Shown here in pieces: positions 41,012-51,400 of a stretch of DNA of 64,000 bases (positions are counted from its first letter, which is position 1; every line of letters starts with the position of its first letter). The notes beneath the pieces were generated by a model. The model saw nothing but the letters and a program-made list of their open reading frames with translations. It ran no database searches and was not told where the DNA came from. The DNA comes from Symbiobacteriaceae bacterium (GTDB lineage Bacteria > Bacillota > Sulfobacillia > Symbiobacteriales > Symbiobacteriaceae), in assembly GCA_041690255.1 (NCBI GenBank), contig JAWLHU010000008.1:255271-319270 (forward strand), given 5' to 3'. Both the position numbers and the translations under genes were made by a program.

Positions 41012-42661
41012 CTACTCGTATTCCATGTAGCGGCGGTCTGCCAGTGCCACCGTCACTCTGCCAAGTACGAGGGCCAGAAGCCCTAAGATCACGAGCACGC
41101 CGGGCAGGAAGGCGGGGCGGGCCAGCCAATAGAGGAGGGCTGCACCGAGCCCGATCACCCCGCCGAGGATCAGGTTGAACATGAGGGCGAAGACGCTGTT
41201 CAGATTGCTCTTCATCGCCTGCTGGGGATCGGTCCAGTTCAGGCTGGGGCGGATCACATCGATCAGGAGGCCGCTGTAACCCGTAACCAGGCTGGTCAGC
41301 AGGCCACCCACCAGCACGACAACCAGATTGCGCGGGGTGGCAAGGCCGACCCAGAGCATGGCGCCAATCAGGACCGCCAGGTTGACCAGGTAGAAGAGCA
41401 GGCTGTGGAGAAGCTTGGCCTGAACCTGGACCCGGGGCATGACCGGCAGCGACTGGCTGATCCAGAACCAGCGCCCCTCCCGGCTGATGGCCGATGCGGA
41501 GACGGTGGAGATGGAGTTGACAAAGAGCATCGCCCCGAGCGCAATGACCGGGATGTGCGGAAGGTTGGCCAGGCGCGCGATATCTGTACCGTCGCCCAGG
41601 GGGCCCCCGGGCTGCGTGAGCGGCAGGACCGTAAAGAACGGGATCATGAGGGGCGGGAAGATGGCAGCGGTCAGGAACGAGGGGTTCCGGTTGAGCAACC
41701 GCACCTCCCGAACGAAGACGGCCCAGCCTGCACTCCGCACCCGGCTGGTCTCGCGCACCAGGTCTGCCCGACGCAGGGCCGGGCCGGCGGAACGGGTCTC
41801 ATCGCTGCCAAGTAAGCCGCCGAAGAAGATAGCCTCTGCCACCAGCACCAGGATTACGAGGGCAACGCCGACGACTCCGAGAAAGAGCAGGAAGGGGGGC
41901 AGACCGAGCGAAGGGCTCCCCGCCTTCAGTGCGTCCGTCGCCCAGGCAGAGGTGACCAGGTACTGGCTGAGCCCCTGGATCAGGGGTTGCTGGTTGGTCA
42001 GGAGATCATCGACCGAGACGCTGCCTTGCCGCATCCGGCTGATGAACTGGATGGTCAGAGCAAGACCGATCCCGAGAAGGGCACCAAGGACGCGAAAGAG
42101 ATCGCGGTTGCGGGGCAGGCTGGTGAGCCGCATCATCAACAGGGTGAAGAGGGCGCTGATCACCAGCGGCACCACCGGAAGCATCAGGTAGATCACGAGA
42201 GCCATCGGTATGTAGAGCGGGCCAACTTCGGAGAGAAGGCCATAGATCGCCAGGGCAGGAAGCACCACGGGGGCCATGGTCACATACTCGCCCATGAGAA
42301 TCCCGACGAATTTGGCCAAGACGATCTCACCGGGGCGCAGGGGCAGGGGGACGAGGATCGGCAGATCCTTACCGAAGTAGAAGACGGAGATTACGTAGAG
42401 GACACCGAACGCCAGGCTGATCAACTGGCCGGCGCTGAGTGCCAAGACCAGGGTCAGGTGCTGCTGCTCGATCAGGGCGAGCCGGAAGTAGAGCGTGACC
42501 CATCCGGCGGCGAACATGATCAGCAGGGGAATGAAGGCCAGGCCGAACAGGGGAAAAAGGAGCGTGCCCCACGGGGAGTTGGTCCCGGTCATGCGCTCAT
42601 AGGAGGTGCGCATGCTGGTCTTAAGCTGTACCCGCAGCAGGGGCCAGAGGTTGCTTGTCAT
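41012..42661 (-). CDS. Multi-pass permease of the 'putative ABC exporter' type, paralogue 2
   Basis: ATG 42661 after AGGAGGTAACA. 549 aa. Roughly 60% identical by eye to the upstream paralogue (e.g. PGEIVLAKFVGIL.GEY..MAP.VLPAL shared). Confidence 0.75.
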   Translation of the reverse strand: MTSNLWPLLRVQLKTSMRTSYERMTGTNSPWGTLLFPLFGLAFIPLLIMFAAGWVTLYFRLALIEQQHLTLVLALSAGQLISLAFGVLYVISVFYFGKDLPILVPLPLRPGEIVLAKFVGILMGEYVTMAPVVLPALAIYGLLSEVGPLYIPMALVIYLMLPVVPLVISALFTLLMMRLTSLPRNRDLFRVLGALLGIGLALTIQFISRMRQGSVSVDDLLTNQQPLIQGLSQYLVTSAWATDALKAGSPSLGLPPFLLFLGVVGVALVILVLVAEAIFFGGLLGSDETRSAGPALRRADLVRETSRVRSAGWAVFVREVRLLNRNPSFLTAAIFPPLMIPFFTVLPLTQPGGPLGDGTDIARLANLPHIPVIALGAMLFVNSISTVSASAISREGRWFWISQSLPVMPRVQVQAKLLHSLLFYLVNLAVLIGAMLWVGLATPRNLVVVLVGGLLTSLVTGYSGLLIDVIRPSLNWTDPQQAMKSNLNSVFALMFNLILGGVIGLGAALLYWLARPAFLPGVLVILGLLALVLGRVTVALADRRYMEYE

Positions 42662-42727
42662 TGTTACCTCCTGGTGTACACACAATGCGCATAATTCGTC
42701 ATTTACACATACAACTCCTTGCAGGCC

Positions 42728-42765
42728 GAAAAGAGAGAGGAGGACCAGCCTGACGCTGGTCCTCC
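42728..42765 (-). terminator. Intrinsic terminator between the two permease paralogues
   Basis: On the minus strand: GGAGGACCAGC, loop GTCAG, GCTGGTCCTCC (11 bp), then TCTCTCTTTTC. Confidence 0.6.
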
Positions 42766-42812
42766 ATAATTCTGTCGGGACACCTCTCCCTGGCGACGGT
42801 GACAACCAGTGG

Positions 42813-44474
42813 TTAGAACTCGTACTCCATGTAGTTCTTCTCAGCGAGCCACCCCGTGACCTTGCCCAGCGCCCAGCCCTCAATGGCCAGCAGGATCAGC
42901 AGACCTGGCATTAGGGCGGGCTGCGCCAGCCAGTACAGAAGGGCTGCCACGCCACCGGTGACCAGGGCCAGGAGAAGGTTGACCACCAGGGTAAAGAGGC
43001 TGTTGAAGTTGCCCTTCATGGCCTGCTGCGGATCGGTCCAGGTCAGGTGGGGGCGGAAGATGTCGACCAACAGGCCGCTGTAGCTGCTCACGATACCGGC
43101 CAGCGCGCCGCCGACCAGCACGTAGGCCAGGTTCAGCGGGGTGGCGACTCTCAGGAAGATCATGGCGGCCATGGCAATCACGACGTTGAACAGGCTGAAG
43201 AGCAGGGCGTGGAGCATTTTGGCTTGCACCTGCACCCGGGGCGGGATAGGCAGGGAGCGGCTGATCCAGAACCAGCGCCCTTCCCGACTGATCGCCGATG
43301 AGGGAATGGCCGAGATCGTGTTCAGGAAGAGCGTCGCCCCCAGGACGATCAGAGGCACCCAAGGGGAATCAGCCATGCGGGAGAGGTCGGTTCCGCCGGA
43401 GAGCGGACCTCCCTTTTGGGTGAGCGGGAAGATCATGAAGAAGGGCATAAGGATCGGTGGCAGCACGCCGGCCATGAGGAAGGAGGGGGTGCGGTTGAGC
43501 AGCCGGACCTCTCGCAGGAAGAGGGCCCAAAGGGGGCTCCGGACCTGTCCCGTCTCCTGTGCGAGTTCGGACTGGCTCAACTGCCGGCCCGAGGATCGTG
43601 TCTCCTCCCCACCGAGCAGCCCGCCGAAGAAGAGGCGATCGGCGGCTTGCAGCATGAGCAGCAGGGCGACGACCACCACGGCCGTGTAGAGCAGGAAGGA
43701 GGGGAAGCCGAGGGCTGTCGCATCCTCCCGCAGGGCGTTGGTCGCCCAGACTGAGGTGACCACGTATCTGCTGACCGACTGGATCAGCGGTTGCTGATTG
43801 TTGATCATCTCCTGGATCGCTTGTTGGGAGTTGCCCCCTTGCTGCATGCGGCTCATGAACTGGAAGAAGAGGGCAAGCCCAACGCCGAGCAGTCCGCCGA
43901 ATACCCGGAGCAGGTCGCGGTTTCGCCGCATGTTGGTCACCCGCATGAGGACGATACTGAAGAGCGCAGCGAGCACCAACGGCACGACCGGCAGCAACAG
44001 GTAGATAATCACGGCAAAGGGGATATAGAGCCAGCTCACGTTTGCCATGAGGCCATAGGCCACGAGGGCCGGCAGGACGATGGGGGCCATGGAGAGGTAC
44101 TCGCCGATCAGAATCCCGACGAACTTCGCGAGGACGATCTCACCGGGCCGCACGGGCAACGGGACCAGAACCGAGAGATCCTTGCTGAAGTAGAAGGCGG
44201 AGATCACGTAGAGGATGCCGAAGACCAGGCAGACCAACTGGCCGGCGGTAAGGGCCAGGGTGAGGAGAATGTGGCCCTGGCCGGTCATGTTCATTACGGT
44301 ATACAAGGCCACATAGCCCATGGAGATCGCCAACACGAGGGGGATGAAGCCCATGCCGATCAGGGGGAGCAGGAGCAGGCCCCACCTCGACTTCGTCCCG
44401 GTGAACTTGGCCGTGGTGCCCCGCCAGCTATTCAGTAGCTGGACCTTTAGCAGAGGCCATACTGCGCTTCTCAT
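42813..44474 (-). CDS. Multi-pass permease of the 'putative ABC exporter' type, paralogue 1
   Basis: 553 aa. Its start overlaps the ATPase stop by 4 nt. Confidence 0.75.
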   Translation of the reverse strand: MRSAVWPLLKVQLLNSWRGTTAKFTGTKSRWGLLLLPLIGMGFIPLVLAISMGYVALYTVMNMTGQGHILLTLALTAGQLVCLVFGILYVISAFYFSKDLSVLVPLPVRPGEIVLAKFVGILIGEYLSMAPIVLPALVAYGLMANVSWLYIPFAVIIYLLLPVVPLVLAALFSIVLMRVTNMRRNRDLLRVFGGLLGVGLALFFQFMSRMQQGGNSQQAIQEMINNQQPLIQSVSRYVVTSVWATNALREDATALGFPSFLLYTAVVVVALLLMLQAADRLFFGGLLGGEETRSSGRQLSQSELAQETGQVRSPLWALFLREVRLLNRTPSFLMAGVLPPILMPFFMIFPLTQKGGPLSGGTDLSRMADSPWVPLIVLGATLFLNTISAIPSSAISREGRWFWISRSLPIPPRVQVQAKMLHALLFSLFNVVIAMAAMIFLRVATPLNLAYVLVGGALAGIVSSYSGLLVDIFRPHLTWTDPQQAMKGNFNSLFTLVVNLLLALVTGGVAALLYWLAQPALMPGLLILLAIEGWALGKVTGWLAEKNYMEYEF

Positions 44475-45193
44475 TTGTCGGTCAACTCCAGGAAGATCTT
44501 CTCCAACGTCTCGCCGGACTGGCCCTTGCGGAGTTCATCCATAGTACCCTGAGCGATGATCCTGCCCTTGTTAATGATCGCCACCCGGTCACAGAGCCGC
44601 TCGGCCACCTCCAGCACGTGCGTGGAGAAGAAGACGGTGTTGCCCTGGCGGGTGTGGTCGGCCATGAGTTCCTTGAGGTTGTGAGCGGAGCGCGGATCGA
44701 GACCGACCATGGGCTCATCCAGGATCCAGACGGGAGGGTTGTGCAGCAGGGCGGACATGACGACCAGCTTCTGCTGCATGCCGTGGGAGTAACCGCTGAT
44801 CCGGTCAGTCAGGGCATGGGTCAGCTCGAAGGTCGAGGCGAAGCGCTCGATTCGCTCCTGACGATCCCGGGGGCCTACGCCGTACACGTCGCCAATAAAG
44901 TTCAGGTATTCCAGGCCGGTGAGGCGGTCGTAGACCTCTGGGGTGTCGGGCACGAAGGCCATCTGCCGCTTGGCCTGCAGGGTCTGGCTCACAATGTCAT
45001 AGCCGTTGACCTTCACGCTGCCGCTGTCGGGCTTGTGCAAGCCAACGATCAGCTTGATTGTGGTTGTCTTGCCGGCGCCGTTCGGTCCAAGGAAGCCGAA
45101 GATCTCGCCTGGCCGGACGGTGAGGCTCAGGTTATCGACGGCCTTCTTCGCACCGTTACCGTAGCTCTTGGAAACGCCTACAAGTTCAATCAT
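44471..45193 (-). CDS. ABC transporter ATP-binding protein
   Basis: ATG 45193, 6 nt after GGGAGGG. Walker A GPNGAGKTT, signature YSHGMQQK, Walker B VWILDEP. Confidence 0.9.
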   Translation of the reverse strand: MIELVGVSKSYGNGAKKAVDNLSLTVRPGEIFGFLGPNGAGKTTTIKLIVGLHKPDSGSVKVNGYDIVSQTLQAKRQMAFVPDTPEVYDRLTGLEYLNFIGDVYGVGPRDRQERIERFASTFELTHALTDRISGYSHGMQQKLVVMSALLHNPPVWILDEPMVGLDPRSAHNLKELMADHTRQGNTVFFSTHVLEVAERLCDRVAIINKGRIIAQGTMDELRKGQSGETLEKIFLELTDK

Positions 45194-45314
45194 GGTAGTC
45201 CCTCCCATACATCTTCCACAGGGATTCTTGTCAGCCGATCAGTGATCCTGCACGTCGCCGCATCCCTTGAATCGTGGTATGCTTGAAACGAATCTTCAAC
45301 ATGGGGGTATGAAG

Positions 45315-46514
45315 ATGCGGGATGTGGTGATCGTAGATGCGGTTCGCACGCCAATCGGGCGCTATGGGGGCGCTCTGAAAGCCGTTCGTCCTGATGACCT
45401 TGCCGCAGTGGTAATTCGTTCGCTCCTGGAGCGAAATCCGCGGGTGAATCCCAGCGCCGTGGAAGATGTGATCCTCGGCGCGGCCAATCAGGCGGGCGAG
45501 GATAACCGGAATGTGGCCCGCATGGCAGCGCTCCTGGCCGGTCTGCCGGTAGAGGTGGCCGGCGTTACGGTCAACCGGCTCTGCGGTTCGGGCCTCGAAG
45601 CGGTCAACCAGGCGGCCCGAGCTATTGTGGTGGGCGATGGTGACTGCTACATTGCCGGCGGTACCGAGTCCATGACCCGAGCTCCGTTCGTCATGGCGAA
45701 GCACGGCGAGGCCTGGGACCGCAAGGCCGAAATCTTTGATACAACGATAGGCTGGCGGTTCACCAATCCACGGCTGGCGGAGCTATACTATCCCTATAGC
45801 ATGGGGGAGACGGCGGAGAACGTGGCTGCGAAGTGGGGGATCGGCCGGGAGGAGCAGGATCAGTTCGCGTTGACCAGCCAGCAGCGGGCGGTGGCGGCCC
45901 AGGTGGCAGGTCGGTTCGATGCCGAACTGGTCCCCGTGGTGATCCCGCAGAAGAAGGGGGATCCGGTGCGGGTTACGGCAGACGAGCATCCGCGCCCCGA
46001 CGTAACCCTGGAGCGGCTGGCCAAGCTGTCGCCTGCGTTTAAGAAGGATGGTACCGTGACCGCCGGCAATGCCTCGGGCATTAATGACGGGGCCGCCGCT
46101 CTGCTGCTCATGTCGGCCGATAAGGCGGCAGAGCTGGGTCTGAAGCCCATGGCCCGCATTCGCTCCATGGCGGTTGCCGGTGTCGACCCCGCCTACATGG
46201 GGGTAGGCCCGGTCCCTGCTACCCGCAAAGCGCTGAAGCGGGCCGGCCTTACCGTGGCAGACCTTGACCTGGTCGAGCTGAACGAGGCGTTCGCCGCCCA
46301 GTCGCTTGCCTGCATGCGGGATCTGGAACTGGATCCGGGAAGAGTAAACGTCAATGGCGGTGCGATCGCTCTGGGTCACCCGCTGGGCTGTTCGGGGGCG
46401 CGCATTCTGACGACTCTGGTTCATGAGCTGGGCCGGCGGGGTGGGCGGTATGGCCTGGCCACCATGTGCATAGGGGTTGGACAGGGCATTGCTACTGTGA
46501 TTGAACGAGTCTAA
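45315..46514 (+). CDS. Acetyl-CoA C-acyltransferase (thiolase; 3-oxoadipyl-CoA thiolase PaaJ/PcaF-like)
   Basis: [66 protein letters not shown]. Confidence 0.9.
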   Translation: MRDVVIVDAVRTPIGRYGGALKAVRPDDLAAVVIRSLLERNPRVNPSAVEDVILGAANQAGEDNRNVARMAALLAGLPVEVAGVTVNRLCGSGLEAVNQAARAIVVGDGDCYIAGGTESMTRAPFVMAKHGEAWDRKAEIFDTTIGWRFTNPRLAELYYPYSMGETAENVAAKWGIGREEQDQFALTSQQRAVAAQVAGRFDAELVPVVIPQKKGDPVRVTADEHPRPDVTLERLAKLSPAFKKDGTVTAGNASGINDGAAALLLMSADKAAELGLKPMARIRSMAVAGVDPAYMGVGPVPATRKALKRAGLTVADLDLVELNEAFAAQSLACMRDLELDPGRVNVNGGAIALGHPLGCSGARILTTLVHELGRRGGRYGLATMCIGVGQGIATVIERV

Positions 46515-46530
46515 TGACGAGGTGATCCCT

Positions 46531-46848
46531 ATGAGCTTTGCCAACCTGCAGGAGTTCAAGCGGTTTTCGGAAGAGAAGTACCAGAAGGTCCTGATGCTCG
46601 AGTCGCCCCAGAGTGCCCTGGATGTCTACTGCCTTCTCCCGGGCCAGAGCCAGAGGCTGCATGCCCACAAGGGAACCGACAAGTACTACGTGATCTGGGA
46701 AGGCCGCGCAACGGTGCAGATTGGCGATCAGGTCCGGGAACTCGGCCCTGGTGAGGCTGCGATTGCCCGGGCCGATGTGGAGCATGGGATCACCAACAAT
46801 GGGACGGAGCCGGTAGTGGCGGTCGTCTTCCGCACGCTGCATCCGTAG
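46531..46848 (+). CDS. Cupin-domain protein
   Basis: GAGGTGA SD. G.SQRLHAHKGTDKYYVIWEG...GD....GPGEA......EHGI.N.G. Confidence 0.7.
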   Translation: MSFANLQEFKRFSEEKYQKVLMLESPQSALDVYCLLPGQSQRLHAHKGTDKYYVIWEGRATVQIGDQVRELGPGEAAIARADVEHGITNNGTEPVVAVVFRTLHP

Positions 46849-46884
46849 GGTACCGAACCAACCTGGAAGAAGGGGGAGCGGTGC

Positions 46885-47478
46885 GTGCAACATCCCATGC
46901 GGGAAGCCATTCAACTCAGCAACTCAGCACAAGCCACCATTCACGATGAGCAGTCCGCTGCCCTCTTTGTCTCGGGTGCCTGGACCGGTAAGCGCCTGCT
47001 GCTGCGCCCGGTGCCCGGGGTCACCTGGCAGGAGGTCCGCACCGAATCCGGGGCTGCTCCACGCCATAACGGTGCCTGGGATCTGACCGGGCTGCTGGAG
47101 ACCGGTGGCTGGCAGGAGCTCCTGGTGCAAGGTGGACCGATCGCCGGAGCTGTCCTCGAAGCGAGTGACCCCCTGGCGATCGATCGCTTGGAGGCCTCGT
47201 ACGACCCGCCGGAGACGCTCTCGATCCGGTGCCGGCTGGCGAAGTCGCCCGCGGCGGTCGGGAGGGAGGGGCTCTTTTCGCTCTTTTTCTCCCTGACCGA
47301 TGAGCGCGGACGCCAGATTGGGCGCCAGGAGGTCTTCGTCGGGCCAAGGACCGCCGAACTTGCGGTGGCCATGGCGCTGACCAGGGAGCCACGCGGGCGC
47401 TGCCAGTTGAAGGCCAGCCTCTGCCTGGATCAGCAGGTGATCGATGACGCCCGGCTCGAGGTTCGAGACTTCCGTTGA
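46885..47478 (+). CDS. Hypothetical protein (197 aa)
   Basis: GTG start after GAAGAAGGGGGAG. High GC3. No family recognised. Confidence 0.45.
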   Translation: MQHPMREAIQLSNSAQATIHDEQSAALFVSGAWTGKRLLLRPVPGVTWQEVRTESGAAPRHNGAWDLTGLLETGGWQELLVQGGPIAGAVLEASDPLAIDRLEASYDPPETLSIRCRLAKSPAAVGREGLFSLFFSLTDERGRQIGRQEVFVGPRTAELAVAMALTREPRGRCQLKASLCLDQQVIDDARLEVRDFR

Positions 47479-47482
47479 GCAG

Positions 47483-47518
47483 AAAGCCGGCCCCCCGCAT
47501 CTGGGGAGCCGGCTTTTG
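47483..47518. terminator. Bidirectional intrinsic terminator
   Basis: AAAGCCGGCCCCC ... GGGGAGCCGGCTTT, then TTGC. Confidence 0.7.
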
Positions 47519-48442
47519 CTACTGCTGCCAATAGGTGAAGGTGAAGTAGCTCGTCGTCTCGATCAGATCACTCCGGAGGATGACCCCGCTGTTGGTGTGG
47601 CCGGTCAGGTGCGGACCGTCCGCCGCACGCTCCTCCATGGCGAGCATCAGCACGGAGAGGGAGCCGGGGGAGTCTATGTGGTCGGGCCCCAGGCGCATGA
47701 GCGCTGTCAGATCCATCTCCTCGATCAGGGGGAGGGTCTGCGCATCCTTCGCTTCCGCCTCGACGCGGGTCAGGTAGTGGGAGAAGTCGACCGAGGCGAG
47801 CAGGAGGGTCTCATCGTCCGTCTGTTCCGCCAAGGCTTGGGCCAGACGCCGGAGCTCAGGCAGGCCGACCTCCCGGTGGAGGATCAGGGGAACGACCTTG
47901 GCATTCGGGGCGTGGTACTTGAGGTACGGCATCAGGGCGCCAATGGCATGCTCGGGCTCCAGGGTCTCATCATCCACCGTGGCGAGACCGCCTGCCACGA
48001 GGCGGTCCACCAGCGACTGATCCGCCTCGACCACGCCGAACTCGGTCTGCCAGCCTCGCCTTCCCGTGATCACCGGCTGCCCTCTGGCTTCATGGTTGGG
48101 GCCGACCACGATCACGGTAGTTGGCGGATCGGCCTCCAACTGGCGGAAGAAGCGGGTGAGGAGTTCGGCGGCCAGGTTGTGGTGGGGCACCACTCCACCG
48201 ACCAGACGCCCCTCCGGCCGAGCGGCGTCCTGATCGTCGGCGGCATGCAGACCGCCGTAGAAGAGCATCGGGTCATAGAACCGATCCGGCTGCACCGGCA
48301 AGGACCGCGTGGGCGCCCCACCCATGGCAGAGGGAGCGAGCGCACCATCGGCGGCCGAGGGGGCGGGGGCCTCCGCCGCCCCTACGAGGCCGAGCAGCAG
48401 GACTGCCAGTGGGAGCAGCATCAGCACGCCTCGCGTTCTCAT
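47519..48442 (-). CDS. MEMO1/AmmeMemoRadiSam-system-protein-B family protein with N-terminal signal peptide
   Basis: MRTRGVLMLLPLAVLLLGLVGAAEA. GGVVPHHN, VVGPNHE, EPEHAIGALMPYL, ASVDFSHYL (family His/Asp ligand blocks). Confidence 0.8.
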   Translation of the reverse strand: MRTRGVLMLLPLAVLLLGLVGAAEAPAPSAADGALAPSAMGGAPTRSLPVQPDRFYDPMLFYGGLHAADDQDAARPEGRLVGGVVPHHNLAAELLTRFFRQLEADPPTTVIVVGPNHEARGQPVITGRRGWQTEFGVVEADQSLVDRLVAGGLATVDDETLEPEHAIGALMPYLKYHAPNAKVVPLILHREVGLPELRRLAQALAEQTDDETLLLASVDFSHYLTRVEAEAKDAQTLPLIEEMDLTALMRLGPDHIDSPGSLSVLMLAMEERAADGPHLTGHTNSGVILRSDLIETTSYFTFTYWQQ

Positions 48443-51400
48443 GGCGTGCGCACCATCGCTCTCTGGCCGAGGCCATAGATCAACCCGCTCTGCTGATGCT
48501 GCAGGGCCGGCTCCTCCGCCTGGTACTCGCCCATGTTCACCACCCGAGCGAAGTAGCGGATCGGTTTGCCCGACCGCCCTGCCCAGAAGGAGACTCGCTG
48601 ACCATCGATCTGGATGGGCCAGCTTTCATACTGGTTCCAGTTCACCTGCATCCCGTACTGCCACGAACGCTCCAGCATCCGCAGCCCGGACGGGAGGTAG
48701 TCGTGGATCTCGTAGGCGCCCTTGGGAGCATCTGCCGGGACCGAGTAGGAGAGCGTCACGCTCACAATATCGCCGGCCTTCCACTCCTCGGGGGCAGGCG
48801 AATAGGTTCGGGTAATCTTCGTCCCCCCCTGTTGCAGGGTTGGAGTACCATTCACCTCGTAGGTGCTGACCACCGCCACGGAGCCCTCTACCTTGGTAAT
48901 GCGGAGTTTCTCCAACTCCTCCGGGCTGACCCGGACCGCGAACTGCCGGCCCGGCTCGAGCGATTCCCGAACCTCCTGGCCGCCCAAGTTGTGGGTGAAG
49001 GCGACCGGCTTGCCGGTGAGGCGCTCCAGGCCAGTTCTGGCGGCGATCAACTGCTCCAGCAGGATCAGGGAGTCGGTTGGCTGGTTCTGTGAGAGGTAGC
49101 TGATCAGCGCCGGGGCCTCCGGCTCGCCCAATTTGCCGGCCAGAGCGGCAGCCAGGGCGGTCGTCTCCAGCTTCTCGTCCGTGTCGGTGCCGGCGGTGAG
49201 CTGGAGCTCCCGCCCTACCTGCTTGCCGTGCGCTTGAAGCAGGCTCCGGTAGACCGGCCGGGCCCCCTCCAGGTCACCCAGTTCGGCCAGGACCAGGGCG
49301 AGGTGGAGTTGCTCGCTCGGGGTCAGGTCCGGCTCGGCCAGGAGGGACTGAGCGGTCAGCAGGACGGGCTGATCCAGCCCAGCCAGACCGTAGAGCGCCA
49401 GGATCTTGCGGTCCCGACCGGCCCCCTCGTCGTCCAGGATCTGCTGGAAGTAGAGCTGCAGAGAGACCTGATCGAATCGGTCCGGCGCCAGATCGGCGGT
49501 GAGTGCCGAGAGCTTCAGATCGCCGCTGCTGTACGGCAGGATCGCGATCGACCCATCGGGCGCCTGGTAGCGGAAGGCCTCCAGCTCAGGCTCCGGGTAG
49601 ACTGGGTCCCGGCCAAAGTGCTGCTGCAACAGATCGGTCGCTATCGCTCGGGCCAGCTTCATTTCGAAGCGGTTCCCCCATTGCCAGCGCATCCGGTAGA
49701 GCAGGTTCAGGTACTGACCCCGCTCCCAGTCCAGGAAAGTGAGTTCGGTATAGGTGGAGTCAGACCCAGGCACCTTCGTCCCGTCGCCCAGCAGGGTGAA
49801 GTCGACCTGGTTGTGACGCTGATAGGTGTCCACGACGGTGAACCTCTTCTCCAGGGCGTCGGTCAGATCGCCGCTGTTCGCCCGCACCATTACGGTGTAG
49901 TCACCCGCCGCAGCAAGCGATGGCAGCGGAATCGAGGTCGGCGTGAAGGGAACCGCCAGGCGCTCGCTGCTTTCGGACACGCCGGGGCCGTTCACGGTCA
50001 CCTTGAACTGGACCTGCTCCCCGCCGGTCAGGGCGCTGCCGTATGCGCGGACTTGCAGCACCGGCTCGTCGCCCGTGAGGAAGCGCTCCCCCAGGACCAT
50101 GTCGGCGAAGAAGGGGAGTTTAACGGCAATGCCCGTCGTACCGCTTCCGGCCTCCAGGCTCTGCGGGTTGAAGGCCTGGTAGGTCAGCCGCCAGGTCGTC
50201 AGGTTATCCGGCACATGGAAGGAGGCGCTCGCCTTGCCGGTGGCATCGGTCGTGACGGAGGAGAAGAAGACAGCGTCCTTGAAGTCGCGGCGGGCACCGC
50301 CGCCATCGCCACCCTTTTCGGCCCCGCCGCCGGGGTTGGGCACCTCGTGCGAGTTCCGGGACCGGAGAATGCCGGGGGTAATGTACTCCCCGTAGAGCGA
50401 ACCCAGCAAACTGACGCTCTGGCTCCGCAGGGCGTAGAGCGCCTCATCCACCAGGTTGAGGTTGACCTGGGTACCGGGTGCCGGTTGGCCAAGCCGGTCC
50501 GTCACCTCGACCTGCAGGCGGACCTCATCGCCCGGGCGGTAGGCCTCCTTGTCGGGCGTTACCGTTACCTGCAGCCGGCGCTGTTCCTCATCAAATCGGA
50601 CATAGCGCTCCGTGGAATGGTAGCGGGCGCCATCGAAATAGACCGCCTTGACCGTCATGCTGGGCGGGTCGTTCTCGCCCATGACCAGCCGGTAGGTACC
50701 CGTCCCCTGGGTCGTGTATCCTTGCAGACCGCGCCGGGCGTTCATGAAGAGGAAGCCGTTCGGACGATCTGCGACCACCGTCTCGCCGGTCTTCATGATC
50801 AGATCCATGGGCTCGCCAATGAGAGCCTCCGTCTGCTCCGGGTCCAGCGGCTCCAGGTGGTACCAGCCGGCGTACTCCCGGTCATCGTAGGGCGACTGGA
50901 ACTCGCGGCCGGAGACGTAGGCCGACCCGCTCACCGGTAACCCGCGGGAGTCCAGCGTGCGATACTCGACCCGGTACTGCTGCGCGGGGTCGACCGGGAA
51001 GGTGTAGGAGGCCTGGCCGTTCGCATCGCTCGTGGCGTCAAAGGTGCCGATGGTCCGGTGCGCCTCTTCATAGCGGTAGCGTGTCCGGGTCACTTTTTCG
51101 ATGAAGTCATAGTACTGCCCCATACTGATCTGGTTCCAGTGCATCTCGATCAGGGTGAACCGGACCGCGCGCCCGGGGACCGCCGCTCCCTTGTAGTTGG
51201 AGCCCCCGGCGTTCAATTCGTCCAGGGTGACCTGGTTGAGCTGGACCTGGACGGTCGCACTCTCCGGGGCATACGCCACCTTGACGCTGCTGAGCAGGTC
51301 CCGGGTGAAGAGGCTGACCCTTCGCTCATCGGTCACCTCGCCGATCTCCGCCAGGCCGGCATGGATGTTGAACCAGAGCGACTCGGGATACCAGTTCACC

